Source of the DNA: Haliotis rufescens
Taxonomy: Eukaryota
DNA length: 64,000 bases
Assembly: GCF_023055435.1 (NCBI RefSeq)
Contig: NW_025963791.1
Span: forward strand, 26,598,001 to 26,662,000
Reading direction: 5' to 3'
Each line of letters opens with the position of its first letter. Within the stretch, counting starts at the first letter, position 1. The notes under the pieces are model-generated. The model did no database searches, was not told the origin of the DNA, and saw only the letters and a list, made by a program, of their open reading frames with translations. Positions 1 through 13,149 of this stretch are shown here, in pieces. The position numbers were made by a program, and so were the translations under genes.

Positions 1-816
1 TCGACGTCCACAACATGGTGACAATAGTTGAAGCGTTGAATCAGTCCACAAATATATGACCTTTGACCTATTACTGATCTACGCTCCATCCCTCGTACCA
101 GAGCCTAAGTATCATTGTTCTATATATAAATCAGAAGCCAGCGTGGAAAATGTCTTGAGCAGTATCAGCTTCATCACCAGCGATGTTCTTGCATCAGGGG
201 AAGTGTACAGACAATGTTATATAAACACATGACTTATGTATAGAGCCAGACGTATGTATGGGAGGTGGCTGTGTCTTGCTTTATTCTTAGTACAATGTAA
301 ACCAGACAGTTTTCAGTCACTAAGATGAGTAAATCCAGGGTTTTTCATGACGCACAAATGTGCGCCCAGTACACACACACATGTTTAGAATGGAGGCAGA
401 AAAAAACATTACATTGGATGCACAATAATATTCATTGTAACAAATTACTGATTAGAAAAATAAAGGTCTTGTAATTACAAATTTCTAGCAGTAAAATACA
501 CCATTCCATTACTTTACAAGTTTACAGGACCTTCATATTCCATATATACACTGGAAATTCGTTATTTGGGGCCCTTGGACCCCCAATTTTGTAGGTCAAG
601 GCACAACCATGGCAAATCTGAGAGAGAATGAATGCCACTTTCATATCCGCTTTGGTGGATATAACAGGAACGTTGCTTTTTAACATAACAAAAAAAATTC
701 TTTTTAAAGCAATAACACCTTTCGTTATAAATCAAATAGAACCTTGCTTATTATTCGAACAACACGTTTCTTAAATTTTGAATAAATATAAGTGGGAAAA
801 TGCCCTTTGTATTCAC

Positions 817-985
817 TGGTGTGGTGGTTGAGTAGTGACTACCGTATGCACTTCTAGTGAAGGAGACTAGGGTTGGATTCCCCGCATTGGTACACAACAT
901 GAAGCCTGATACTAGTTACTAATCCGTCTCATTGCGGGGGTACTGTTAAAGGCGGTGCAATTGCTTATCGACTCATTCACCCACT
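817..985 (+). mobile_element. Degenerate SINE family A (other degenerate copies ~41543-41665, ~43263-43360)
   Basis: Diverged head (GGGTTGGATTCCCC) and tail (GTTAAAGGCGGTG...ACTCATTCAC). Confidence 0.6.
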
Positions 986-2916
986 TCAGATTAACAGTGG
1001 TTGATTGAATTCACTTGACACGCGAAAGGTAAATAACGTTAATGACCTCATTAATATACCAAAGTTGGACAACTTCTCAGATAGTTTTAAATTTGAAGGT
1101 CTGACAAAACCTAAAGGACAGGATCACCATCATCCAAGCAGAAATATGCGCATGTCAGAACTTTAAAAAAAACTAGCATGTACTTGCAAAGACAACTGCC
1201 ATTTCCTCAAAACTTAAAGTCTTGACATGTCCTCGCAAATCTTGACCGTAACAAAGACTTCTTTAGATTCTAGAACGAATACATACACAAGCGTTGTGTC
1301 TGGTCATTTAGACCCTTTAATCTTGAACTCGGCATTTTAGCATTCATTGAGAAATGTCAGAGAGTTTGACTGCATTATCGTCCACGAACATCCTCGCTCC
1401 GACCCATTGTAGTGAACTAAATTTAGAAATGCACATCCACTATCGTAGGTAGCATTGACTCGATCCGTATCTAGACTGGCAGTTACAGCAATCTATGAAT
1501 TTACCTTCGTATCTATTTGATACATCTTTATAATCACCTTTCAGTGATCGCAAACTGATATATGATATTTATCACATGTAACCGATACAGGTTTATAAAC
1601 ACCTTCGGAAATCTTTCCCGTCCCATTTTGACGTCTTGTACATGATGTAAATGTATTACGACGCGCTGTCATTGTGACTGACTAACTGAGGTAGTTCTTA
1701 ACAGACCTTTCTCACCCAGTGATGAAACTATTTGAATACATTTCTTGTAAACAAACTACAACAGATGTTCCTGCAAAGCAAGTTGAGCACACATACGCTC
1801 ATGTCACCTGTCAATTTGGGGCACTACTGTATTCCGCGATACAGATGGCTGTTGTGTGGCTGTCAGTGTAAACTTGAAGTCACACGTATAGATCTAGCTC
1901 TACATCCCTCGAGGTATAAACCAGTGATATATTTTTTTTATAAGAATAGACTTTCATTTTGTGTGAGTTCATTGTTGGAGTATGAACCTTCACAGAGTCG
2001 CAAGCTCCGACGTTCATACAGTATGGCCCTCACTCTAATGAAGGTTCATATTCCAATGAACTTACACAAAGTGAAAGTCAATTCTTATAATATAACATTT
2101 TATATCACTGTTTTATACCTCGGGGGATGTAGTCAATTCTTAAGTGTAGCAGTAACTGAATGACACAGTCATGTTTCACAATAACCAAAAAGAATTATAA
2201 GATTCTGGCATGTAAAAGGAACGCAACTCTGTCGTTGCGACATATATATATGTAATATGTGTGTAATATGCATGCTACTTTCCAAACACCCACCTTACAG
2301 CTCTGTAGCACTCTCGACATCGGATGTTTTCCGCTATCCAGTGGGAGGACGTCATCTGCAGACAATATACACAAATGATTAGTTTTAACGAAATTCATAC
2401 TTTCAGATAGAATCAAATGTATTTATACATTTAATGATAAAGTAGAACTCAAAGAATTTCCTTGAAAGTTTCAGATTTCGTCCTTAAAGTAATAACTGCA
2501 TTTTGCATGGTCAGTTTGCTTCAAAATATAGCATAAAGATCCAAAGTGAAATTGAAACATGCTAAAAAATAGAATAACGCAAAAAAAATAACTACAGTAA
2601 ACTACATTTATAACGAACACGCTCATAACGAACTTATTTCTTAGACCCGGCCATTTGTTGTATATATGCTTATAACGAACTACGGTTATTACGAACTAAA
2701 ATTCGTCACATGTAGTCTCAAATATATGACGAAACGGATTCCTTTGGGCGTAAAAAGCAAATTAGTGGTGACTCCCACCAGGCCAGGATGCCAGTAAGAT
2801 AATTAAGTTAAGTGTATGTACATGTATAGTTGCTATGTATAGCGTGTCACAGTTGGCAGCTTCCTCGTTTGATTCATCACACAAAGAATGAATCTGTCTC
2901 CAGATGATGCTCAGCC

Positions 2917-3071
2917 NNNNNNNNNNNNNNNNNNNNNNNNNNNNNNNNNNNNNNNNNNNNNNNNNNNNNNNNNNNNNNNNNNNNNNNNNNNNNNNNNNNN
3001 NNNNNNNNNNNNNNNNNNNNNNNNNNNNNNNNNNNNNNNNNNNNNNNNNNNNNNNNNNNNNNNNNNNNNNN
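2917..3071. other. Assembly gap (155 N)
   Basis: Run of N characters. Confidence 1.
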
Positions 3072-4092
3072 GTTACTCGAGTTCAACTCCAATTTCAACA
3101 ATAGTTCAGTTGTAAATAAGTGGGTCCTTTTAATTAAAATACAAGTGTTGGAAGGTAAAAACGTGGAGGAATGTGAACATTTACGGAAGGAGGTAATGCA
3201 ACAGTAGTTTTTTTAGTGTGGAGGACATCATACCAAATAAATGGAAATAATGTTTTTTAATAACTGTTAAATTTTGAAGCGAGAAATTCCAAGTTTGATA
3301 GATGATTTATCACAGTGAACATAACCGGACCTCATTGAATCATAAGTCAAAGAGCCTTTGAATCGAAAGAAGCATTTTATTCAAAAACAGTTAATACTTG
3401 ATCAATCTTATTTGATGCTGCAATACATTGAATAGATGAGTTCAAGAGCAATGAGTCTCCACTGTATCAATAACTGAATTTATACATATAACCCATTCCT
3501 GCTGATTAATTCAGGGGGTTAGATATGGCTAACAACCAATAATATGCCAGAACAATCACTTAAAATATAAAGAGTTGCTTTAGAATCTGTCAGCATGTGG
3601 TTGAAATGTTTGGATATTCAACAGATTACAAATATCCTAGTTATACCAAAGCCATTGGAATATTTTAAATTTTTTAATGTAGGGAAGGATCGTGTGATCA
3701 TACTCTTGAAATAGGAAAACTGGGTTCTTTCAAGAGTCCGGCACGACGCTATTTTTCATCACAATGAGAGTCGACGGCCAAGTTCCTTTCTTTAAAATTC
3801 CTAGGTTGTAGCAAGAGGCATGCACAACAAGTTATTTGAAACTTATATTGATCTTTCCGTAGATTTGGAGAAACGCTTATTTTATGTTGCTGTGCCAACA
3901 GACGGACGGTCGGAAGGAAGGAAGATCGGACTGACAGACACACGAATGACGGAACGACGGCCGAAGACCAATGACATTAGCGCACATTGGAGATATTAAG
4001 GTAAGGAATATATATGTATAAATACATCGGAGTAAACATCTTATTTTAATTATCTTGATTTGTGTATCTACATGTCACAAAATGTATGAATA

Positions 4093-4619
4093 CACTGCCG
4101 GCCAAAAGAAAGCATACTCTTGACGATTCGCTCTGCGCATTGCGAGTCCCTGTTCCTTAAGACGTCATCTGCACGTCACCTGTTGTGAGACACTCATTGA
4201 TGTCATGCATATAATATCATATCAATGAATATCTCACAACAGGATATGATGCATGTAATATCGACCGGTGAAGATCCGGGGTAGAATAGGTCTTCAGCAA
4301 CCCATGCTTGCCGTAAAAGGCGACTATGCTTGTCGTACGAGGCGACTAACGGGATCGGATGGTCAGGATTTCTGACTTCGTTGATGCATGTCATCGTATC
4401 CCAATTTCGTGTATCGATGCTCATAATGTCAATCAATTGATTGTCTGGTCCACACCCGATTATTTACAGACCGCCGTCATATGGCTGGAATATTGCTGAG
4501 TCCGGCGTTAAACAACAAACTAACAAAGCATGTAATATCGCCATGATACCCGTATCAAATACACCGTCTAATAACCATTGCCCACCATCAAAGTGCATAC
4601 TTTCTTTTACCCGGCAATT
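4093..4619. mobile_element. Tc1/mariner-like MITE carrying a nested SINE
   Basis: TA|CACTGCCGGCCAAAAGAAAGCATAC... and imperfect inverted ...GCATACTTTCTTTTACCCGGCAATT. Confidence 0.6.
4263..4527 (+). mobile_element. SINE family C ((AAAC)n tail)
   Basis: GTGAAGATCCGGGGTAGAATAGG...GGAATATTGCTGAG...GTTAAACAACAAAC; TSD GCATGTAATATC(G). Confidence 0.9.
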
Positions 4620-4947
4620 AAGAACATATATGTATTTTACATTACCTCAGAGTTTATCCGAATCTCAGGCACAATGAGTTCCATCATGGACAATTTCTGT
4701 TGTATAATGTTTCACACACGACTCCTCAACAGGACTAAACTGCACTTCACATGAACCACAAATAAGTCCTACATGCGTTTGCCACGAGAGATAGCGAGTT
4801 AGCAGGAAGTTGGCTCTTACAGAGAAGAGAAAGATAATTTGACATTCTATTGGATGACACTAAATCTAGCTCGTATATATGATCATATGTCTGAAGTCAA
4901 GTGTCCGATTGAGCGACAAAACAAGTGATCATATTTCAAATAAATAG

Positions 4948-5189
4948 GACCCCGTGAAGATCCGGGGAACAATACCCATGCTTGCCGTATGAGGCGACTA
5001 TGCTTGTCGTGTGAGGCGACTGACGGGATCGTTAAGCTCGCTGACTTGCTTGATGCATGTCATCGTATCCTAATTACGTCGATCGATGCTCATGACATCT
5101 ATCACTGGATTGCTTAGTCCAGACTTTACAGCCTTACGTCATATAGCTGGAATATTGCTCAGGGCAGCGTTAAACAACGGACAAACAAA
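4948..5189 (+). mobile_element. SINE family C
   Basis: Colinear with 4263-4527. Confidence 0.87.
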
Positions 5190-5269
5190 TGCATAGGCCC
5201 TTGCAAACAAAAGGGTATTAATGTTAAGAAATGGCAACTATCGCTTGATTTTCAGCCCAAAGACTAACG

Positions 5270-5455
5270 ATGTTTACCCAGAAGTGAATGGGTACCCGAT
5301 ATATGAGGCGGATCTAAAGTGCCCGGAGGCAGCGTGGGTTTTATACTCCCAAGGAAGTTGAGAATGATAACTGGAATGCAAACGGATCCACTGGTAGGGG
5401 AACAAATAAAACGATTTTAAGCAGATACTAGTACCTGGATACAGGCAGTATATTA
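5270..5455 (+). mobile_element. SINE fragment (Deu/Nin-domain-like)
   Basis: CCCAGAAGTGAATGGGTACC and TATACTCCCAAGGAAGTTGAGA motifs recalled from Deu/Nin-type SINEs. Confidence 0.4.
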
Positions 5456-5753
5456 TTTTGTTGTATATAATATAAGACGGATTTAGTCAGCGTTGCCTTA
5501 ATGTCATCAATATTATCAAACATTTTCGATGATACATCAGGGCGACTCTGAAAGAACCGAAGAATGGCGTCTAATTGCGTAGCCGTTTCAGATGGTGTGA
5601 GAAGTTCACATTCGCTCGGGGGTTCTGTCTCAAATTCATCATCGGAGTCCGGAGGGAAGGTGTTTTCAGTGTGTTTAACTCTGGTGATGACGTCGTCCTC
5701 AGCTGTGACGTTGTAGTCAATTTTGACCAGATTGAGAGACCACTGGTGGCATC
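5428..5753 (-). pseudogene. Probable Tigger/pogo transposase C-terminal remnant
   Basis: Stop-free stretch without an early start codon: VKIDYNVTAEDDVITRV...PDSDDEFE...TPSETATQLDAILRFFQSRPDV...; acidic linker plus helical tail resembles pogo-family C-termini (recall only). Confidence 0.4.
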
Positions 5754-8388
5754 ATCCATGCAAACTGTCAACTGCACTATTGTTCCAAGTTATCTAAAAC
5801 GCATTTTCACATTTGAGGTCCAGTTACTCGATTCTTTTTAAAATATAGTTGCGATAAAAATGAAAATATACTGTATGGAAAAAACATGAGCAAAACTGCA
5901 ATCTGGGAGACAGCAGAAATGGCAGCTGGAAGAAATTCCAAAGGCCTTGACATCAGCCTTTAAAGTTGCCATGGTTTAGGGGTGGACAGTATTCCAGTTA
6001 CATAACAGTGCGTCGGTTTAGTGTTTTATGCATGTCTCAGACGTTTACCACTTTGGTGAAACCCACAAGTACAGATATGGTGTTGACAAACCTAGAAACA
6101 ACTTACCAGGCGAAGAGAAGACATGATAAGAATATACGTGTACCACAAGCGATGCAACAACAAAACGCTGAAGGAATCATTGATATCCTATATCATGAGC
6201 CTTACCTTACACTGGTGCCATTTAGCAGTAGGAAACATCAAGATAATACAAATCCCTTCGTCTTTATCAAAAATAGATATGTCACCGTGAAGAATATATA
6301 TGAATTGAAGAAAGAATGAATTCAAATGTACATCTCTATGCCCTGTTTATTTATTTAAAAGAAATACCATGGCAACTACGCCATGTGGACAGCCGTGTTT
6401 ATATGGTGCTAGAACGTTTATCACAACACGGTTCTGTTGCGTCTGGTAGGGCGCCTCATCCAAACGCAGACTCTCAAATGTGACCTGTGTACCACTACAC
6501 AACTCCTTGACTCGCAATCACACCAGAGTGTGTAATAGCTGCTTCAATGCTGCGCTATAATGAAGGTTCAACCAGTGGGGATCATGACATGGGTGTCAGC
6601 TTGTCCAGTTAACTGATTGGCTACATACATACAGATACCTCACGCAAATCTGGCAATATATATACATATATAGAAGTAAGTTGGACGTCAGCAAACTTCT
6701 AACCAGACCTTCTACTTGTTATGTTAACGTCCTCTATTGCTTGATGCGATCGTTGCATTCGAAAATGGATGAGTCTTCTCTCTTGAAGGAATAATAGGTG
6801 GTGATGTGGTCGTATTCAAGGGTTCGTATCCCAGACTCGCAACAGTAGTGATTCTTTTGACTGTGAGAGTTATTGTGGGCTTACAGGCTGTGATACTGTT
6901 TAAAACGACATTATACGCAACTTACACGTGTATATAAATGTATCAGGGTCTGTAAGACAGACTATATCGAGATTAACCGATTGTTTTGTATTTGCAATCT
7001 CAGGAAGCATTATGTTTTGAAAAGAAGTGCCATGTACCAATACACAGTGAACTTAAAATGCTTAAAATTTACAAAACAACCTTAGTGTCATCATGGATTT
7101 AAGTCAGTCAGTTATTCACACCTGTAACATATTTCATGAATATATTGTTTGGTAAAACTGTTAAAAAAAATCGTAAGAATGTTTCCTATCGCATTTCTCC
7201 TCAAATTTAAAATGATTTCCTTCACGTTAAGGAGACACAGGCATCGCAGTTCACTACAGAGTGGGTTCGAATTCAAGATCCGCCCAAATAATGTTTCCTT
7301 TTTTTGTCGGCACCATTCCCGTGCCCGTGGGTTTGAACAAAGTGGTGAACGACATCAACATCGGGCTTTCCTCCCACATCAAGCTGACACCCCGTGATAT
7401 AACTGAAATACTGTTCAAAGCTAGGGAAAACTCCTTCACTCACTCAAAGATATTATACTTAGGTAATCCTTAGCCCGGTCGTTGTAATGACAAATCAAAT
7501 TCCATTCTTGTTTCAAAAAGGTTATTTAAAGGACATGGTTACTATTAAAACGGTAACACTAGTCGTAGCCATCCTCGCCAAGCTGACACGTCGTGGTATA
7601 ACTGAAATACTGATCACTCTCCTTTTACCTTGAGTGTACCATATCCGCATCCATGTAAATGGTACACGCATTACAAGCAAGCCTAAAGAAATGAAACAGT
7701 ATACATTGCTGTGAAAAGCTGTCTGCAGCAGAATCATGAAGTCTGTATAAGACTGTGATAAAGCTTCCCGGTAGATGTATGGCCCTGCACTCACAGCATG
7801 AACCCAGATAGTAGAAGCGCTTCACATCGGACAGGGACCGTACATCGTCTCTGGATCGGATAACAGGTAAATAGGTTAACCAGAACAGAATGAAACTCTA
7901 CCTTAAACACACATATTTTACAAATTGACGGAAAAGTCGGGGGACTGAAAATGATTAAGTTCTAAAGGACTTCAAAACATCACAAAAGGTTAATTATGCT
8001 AGGATTAGAAGCCAAAAAAAATTAAATATACACAGTGACTTTCGTTTTCTTTTAATCCTACCATTTTCAGCCAATGGGCGATGAAATTAAACATCAAAAT
8101 CTTTGGAACTCGTTACCATAATAAACTAAATGGACACATGTCCTCCGTATAGATAGTGTGTAACGTATTAAGTATTTCAACCACGAATATCGTTCCATGT
8201 GGGGATTAAGGTTGGGGTAATATAATTTCACTGCAATTTTGCCTTTAAGGCACAATGGAATCTGTTTCGCTAGATACACTAGCATGCACTATACACATGA
8301 CACTAAACTTGTTTCTGTAGAATTGAATAATTCAGTTCATATATTGTATTTGTTTGATTATTTGATCTGGCTGGCTCTAAAAACAAGC

Positions 8389-8667
8389 GGGGGCGCAGGT
8401 GGCCCAGTTGTCTAAGACTCCGCGATTCGCTGTGCAGAGTTGCGACCCTTGGGCACGCCAGAAACCTATGATTGTGGGTTCGAATCCCGGTTTGCCCCGA
8501 TTATGTTTGTAGGTTTGTCAGCACCATACCCGTGCTCGTGGGTTTCACCGAGGTGGTAAACGTCCGAGACCTGCAACACTTCGGGCTTTCCTCCCACATT
8601 AAGCTGACACGCCGTGATATAACTAGAATACTGCTAAAAGCGGCGTTAAACACAACTCACTCACTCA
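8389..8667 (+). mobile_element. SINE family B (tRNA-Leu-like head)
   Basis: GGTGGCCCAGTTGTCTAAG...GTGGGTTCGAATCCC; 14-bp TSD CTCTAAAAACAAGC. Confidence 0.92.
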
Positions 8668-8814
8668 CTCTAAAAACAAGCATAGGTTGCTGGGGACCTA
8701 TTCTAATGCGACTAATCGACTCCCATGCGGGTAGTTCATGGAATAAATCTGTCTATTGGTAGTAGTGTTACTCGTGAATATGATATTGCAGTCACAATAT
8801 AGACATGCGTAACG

Positions 8815-9597
8815 TCTTGAGCTTATACACTACTTCACAATACACTTAGCCATGCTCAGATATTACTCACATAACAGTTGCACACACTAATAACTCTAAA
8901 ATACACGTAGCCATGCTTAGTTATTACTGATATGAGAAGTTGTATATGATATACATAGCCATGCTTGCAGATGCTTAGATGCTACTGGTATAACAGTTGA
9001 ATATTCTGGTTACTTCACAATACACTTAGCCATGCTTAGTTGTTACTGATATGAGAAGTTGTATCTGGTTAACGTAGCCATGCTTGCAGATGTTTGGATA
9101 CTACTGGTATAACAGTTGAATATACTACTTACTTTACAGTATACATAGACATGTTAAAATAGTATTGGTATAATAGCTGTATACGCTACTTACGAGCTTT
9201 GCAATACACGCTTAGATAATACTGGTATAACAACTGTTTAACTTCCTACTTTACAATACATTTAGCCATGCTATACAATGATAATCGTTGTATACGCTAC
9301 TTACGTTGCAATACACGCTTAGATAATACTGGTATAACAACTGTTTAACTTCCTACTTTACAATACATTTAGCCATGCTATACAATGATAATCGTTGTAT
9401 ACGCTACTTACGTTGCAATACACGCTTAGATAATACTGGTATAACAACTGTTTAACTTCCTACTTTACAATACATTTAGCCATGCTATACAATGATAATA
9501 GTTGAATACGCTACTTACTTTGCAATACACGCTTAGATAATACTGGTATAACAACTGTTTAACTTCCTACTTTACAATACATTTAGCCATGCTATAC
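8815..9597 (+). repeat. Tandem array: degenerate ~50-60-bp monomers grading into near-identical 107-bp units
   Basis: GCAATACACG recurs at 9201, 9308, 9415, 9522 (period 107); TAGCCATGCT/TACTGGTATAAC motifs recur at shorter spacing in 8815-9180. Confidence 0.9.
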
Positions 9598-10623
9598 GAT
9601 ACAATCCTAAACATGTCAAAACTATGGGGCAAGGCACGTGTTTAGGTTTGTGTTTAGGATCTAAACACGTTTTTACAGCGTATAGACTGATTTTACACTT
9701 TAAAAAGCCATGCTGATGTAATGCTGATGAGATATTACTGACTTCACGCTTTACGTAGCCATGCTGGTTGACTGGGATAAGCTCTGTGTGATATGCCCCA
9801 CAATATAACCATGCTTATAAACCTAGACTCTCACCGTTTCAAATTCTGTCTCCATTGCAAAGGTTTCAATCCTTATCACAACTTGAACCTAGTCTCTCAA
9901 GCGAGTACTCACTGGGTCTGCTGGCACAAGAAACAATGGCAGAATTAAATGTAACGCTTTCGCGCGTGCCATTTGCATGCATTAGAGTTGATCTTCGCGA
10001 GTGTTGGACTTCATACCTTGCACTCTGTTGTCGAATGATAAGAATGCTCCCACTCAAACGTAATTGAATATTGAAAATATTTTTCATGGCTTCATTGATC
10101 CCTTAAAAAACAATCGCCCACGTTGATTATATATTGTTAGGATTTGATGAATAAGCTGTGTACAACCGAGGTCTACACAATAGAGCAGTTTGGCTGAAAC
10201 TACAACACACGGGGGAGTTCATTAATACTGACTAGTGCCTGCTATGCTAGAATTGCGTGTTTAATGATAAGACACTCAGAGCCGAGTCAGGTCTTTGATA
10301 TTTTGTTGAACATGAACAAAACGAAACATTATACCGTCCTTTCCGAGTAATGGTAGATGTATCTGTAGTCTGAGTGCTATGGCGTCTTTCCGCGTGTACT
10401 CAATTTTCAAATTTAAAAACATCTTTTGACTGTATATACTAGTATCTAAGATATTCTGTTAATGATTGCCTTCGCGTTAACAACAAGGCTTTAAAGGGAG
10501 ACTTTTCCAGACTCGGGTGCCCTTCTTCAATCTAAGAGCCATGTGTGAAATTGAAACATTTTGTTAATTTAGGTACATTTGTATTATCATTAACTGTTAG
10601 ACCGATCTACATCATAAAATGTA

Positions 10624-10762
10624 GGAGCGGTGGGGTAGCCTAGTGGTTAAAGCGTTCGTTCGAGACCCGGGCTCGATTCCCCACATGGGCACACTGTGTG
10701 AAGCCCACTTCTGGTGTCCCCCGCCGTGATATTGCTAAAAGCGGCGTAAAACCATACTCACT
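10624..10762 (+). mobile_element. SINE family A (tRNA-derived head, (ACTC)n tail)
   Basis: A box TAGCCTAGTGG, B box-like GGCTCGATTCC, shared tail CGTGATATTGCTAAAAGCGGCGTAAAACCA. Confidence 0.85.
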
Positions 10763-11378
10763 CATAAAATTTAAGATCGAAGACGAGTAAATGCTGTTTG
10801 GAAGACAGTAAACCTGTTAATGGGGTTTACCTCAAAAGACAGCGTCTCACTGGCCTGTATGGGTATCAGATATATCTGGTCACAAGGTCGGTCAGTATTG
10901 TTCGAGCCATTGTTGATGTGCTAGTAGCATTGAGATCTGAATACACCCGTCACGATAACCTAGGTGGCTCGTTTTCACTCAGTACGCGCCTAGAGGAGAC
11001 TATGTCGAAACCCGTTATTCACTATTCTTCGAGTATTGAGAATTAGGAGTTGTATGTCAAATAGGCTATGTATTGGGTATACCGTATGTCTGAGCAATAT
11101 ATTGTGTTTAGGCTATTCAATCACCGGTAAAGGTGAACTTTTGACTCCCATGTGATCTGGTGAGGAGTGAAATGTATTTAATCTTTAGTTAATCGTTAAC
11201 TGCACCGTAATGGCCATTGCAAGGTTGCCAGTGTATACATGTATACACAGAACCGTGTGTTGAGTACAAACCTGAATCAAAATAGAGACAAATGCATCGC
11301 ATTCATCACTCACATTTTAACAACAGTTTGTTGAGAGTACACGTGTAAGGAGATTCCTAGTTCATCAGTTATGTTTAC

Positions 11379-11531
11379 GTGTGTGGTTTTACGCCGCTTT
11401 GAGCAATATTCCAAAAATGTCGCGGCGAGGGAAAGAAGAAATTGGCTTCAAACATTGTAAACAAGTGGGGAATCGAACCCGGCTCTTCGGCGAGACGAGC
11501 GAACGCTTTACCCACTAGGCTACCCCACGCC
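11379..11531 (-). mobile_element. SINE family A
   Basis: Reverse complement of the family A consensus. Confidence 0.8.
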
Positions 11532-12881
11532 CACCAAAATAATATTGAAATCTTGTACTTTTAATAACTTATAAGTAAATATATATCATTTTTAATAACT
11601 TACAAGTAAATATAATACATATTTAAAAACTTAAAAGTAAATATAATACATTTTAAGGCCAAATAGGGGTTGTGCTGTGTTTCTTATCTCCAATGGTCCT
11701 TAAATCAGTATATTATACTTTTCAATCATACAAAAGTGACTAAACAATAGTCTGTCTTACAGACCCTCATACAAATATATCAAATACAGCCCATGCAAGT
11801 CTATAATGGTTGGCAGGTCTAGATTTCTGCAGTATCATCTGAAAAAGAAATGAATCGCTTGGCTCCTTTTTATTATTCTTTTAAAGATAATTTAACGACT
11901 GTTTTTTCTGTACGATATGTTCATTTTAGAGACTAGATGTTAGTCTAACTAAACAACACCCGGTACCTCAATACAAACACCACAAATACACAATCAACTG
12001 ATCGCAGGTTTGAAAGAGGGTTGCTACTGAATGCTTATCAACTCACCCTTTGAAGAGGCCCGGCAACTGTGTGATGAACGTTAAAGTGCGATGTGCTGGC
12101 AAGAGAATTTGGAGCCACGTGTATAATTAATCAATGTCTCAGAAATTAGCTGACGCATAAACGATTGGTAAAAGTGTGACTTTCCTGTTCCGCTCAGTTG
12201 ATGAACGAGGGATACCTCTGGTCAGTGTCCAGTGCCCTGGGCGAAATAACCGCTGGTCAGCTCGTGACTTGTTGCATAACGTGTACGTTATTGATGTTAA
12301 TTAGCACATATAATCATTGAAATAAGCTGACAGCTTCTTTGGGAGGACTTGTATTGAACGTGGCAGCAAATTCAGAAATCTTTTAGCATCAGGCTTGTAA
12401 AAAATCTTATACTCTATTTACTTTTACTCCTTTCTTAGTATTACTTACTATACACCTTGCACAAACATTGCTTGCAAGAATGTTTAGTAACTTATATATA
12501 TATATGTTTAGAATAAAGTCCAAAAGATGTAAAATGTTATTCTTGTGGTATTCGGTTAATGATGTAATAACATATACGAAAAGATAACATCGAAATGTTT
12601 CAGTCGTTTATAGCAATACATGTTGTCATATAAAGAGCGATCAAAATATTGCCCTGCATATTTTCACTTGATATCGCCTGGCATGTATATAAATAGCCCA
12701 AGGGTTGTCAAAATGACGTAAACTGATTTTCGTTCTCATGCTAAATAACCGAGCAGATGCAGTGGCTCTTTCTGTAGCTTGGGAAAGAGTTTAAATGAAG
12801 AGCATTTTTTAGGGGTAATGAAGCACGAAGCTGAATAAAAACAGCAGCTCAACACTCACTTCAGTAATGCGTCACGCGTGA

Positions 12882-13149
12882 TTTGTTTGTTTGTTTGTTG
12901 TTTAACGCCGCACTCAGCAATATTCCAGCTATATGACGGCGGTGTGTAAGTAGTCGATCCTGGACCAGACAATCCAGTGATTGACAACGTGAGCATCGAT
13001 CCATGCAATTAGGATCGATGACATGCATCAACCGAGTCAGCGAGCCTGACCACCCGATCCCGTTAGTCGCTTCTTACAACAAGCATAGTTGCCTTTTACG
13101 GCAAGCATAGGTTGCTGAAGACCTATTCTACCCCGGATCTTCACGGTCC
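12882..13149 (-). mobile_element. SINE family C
   Basis: 13-bp TSD GCGTCACGCGTGA. Confidence 0.93.

Noticed and set aside
1732-2163. 143-aa ORF
   Set aside because: TTG start, no recognisable domain or supporting splice context.
2877-3115. ORFs spanning the N run
   Set aside because: Artefacts of the assembly gap.
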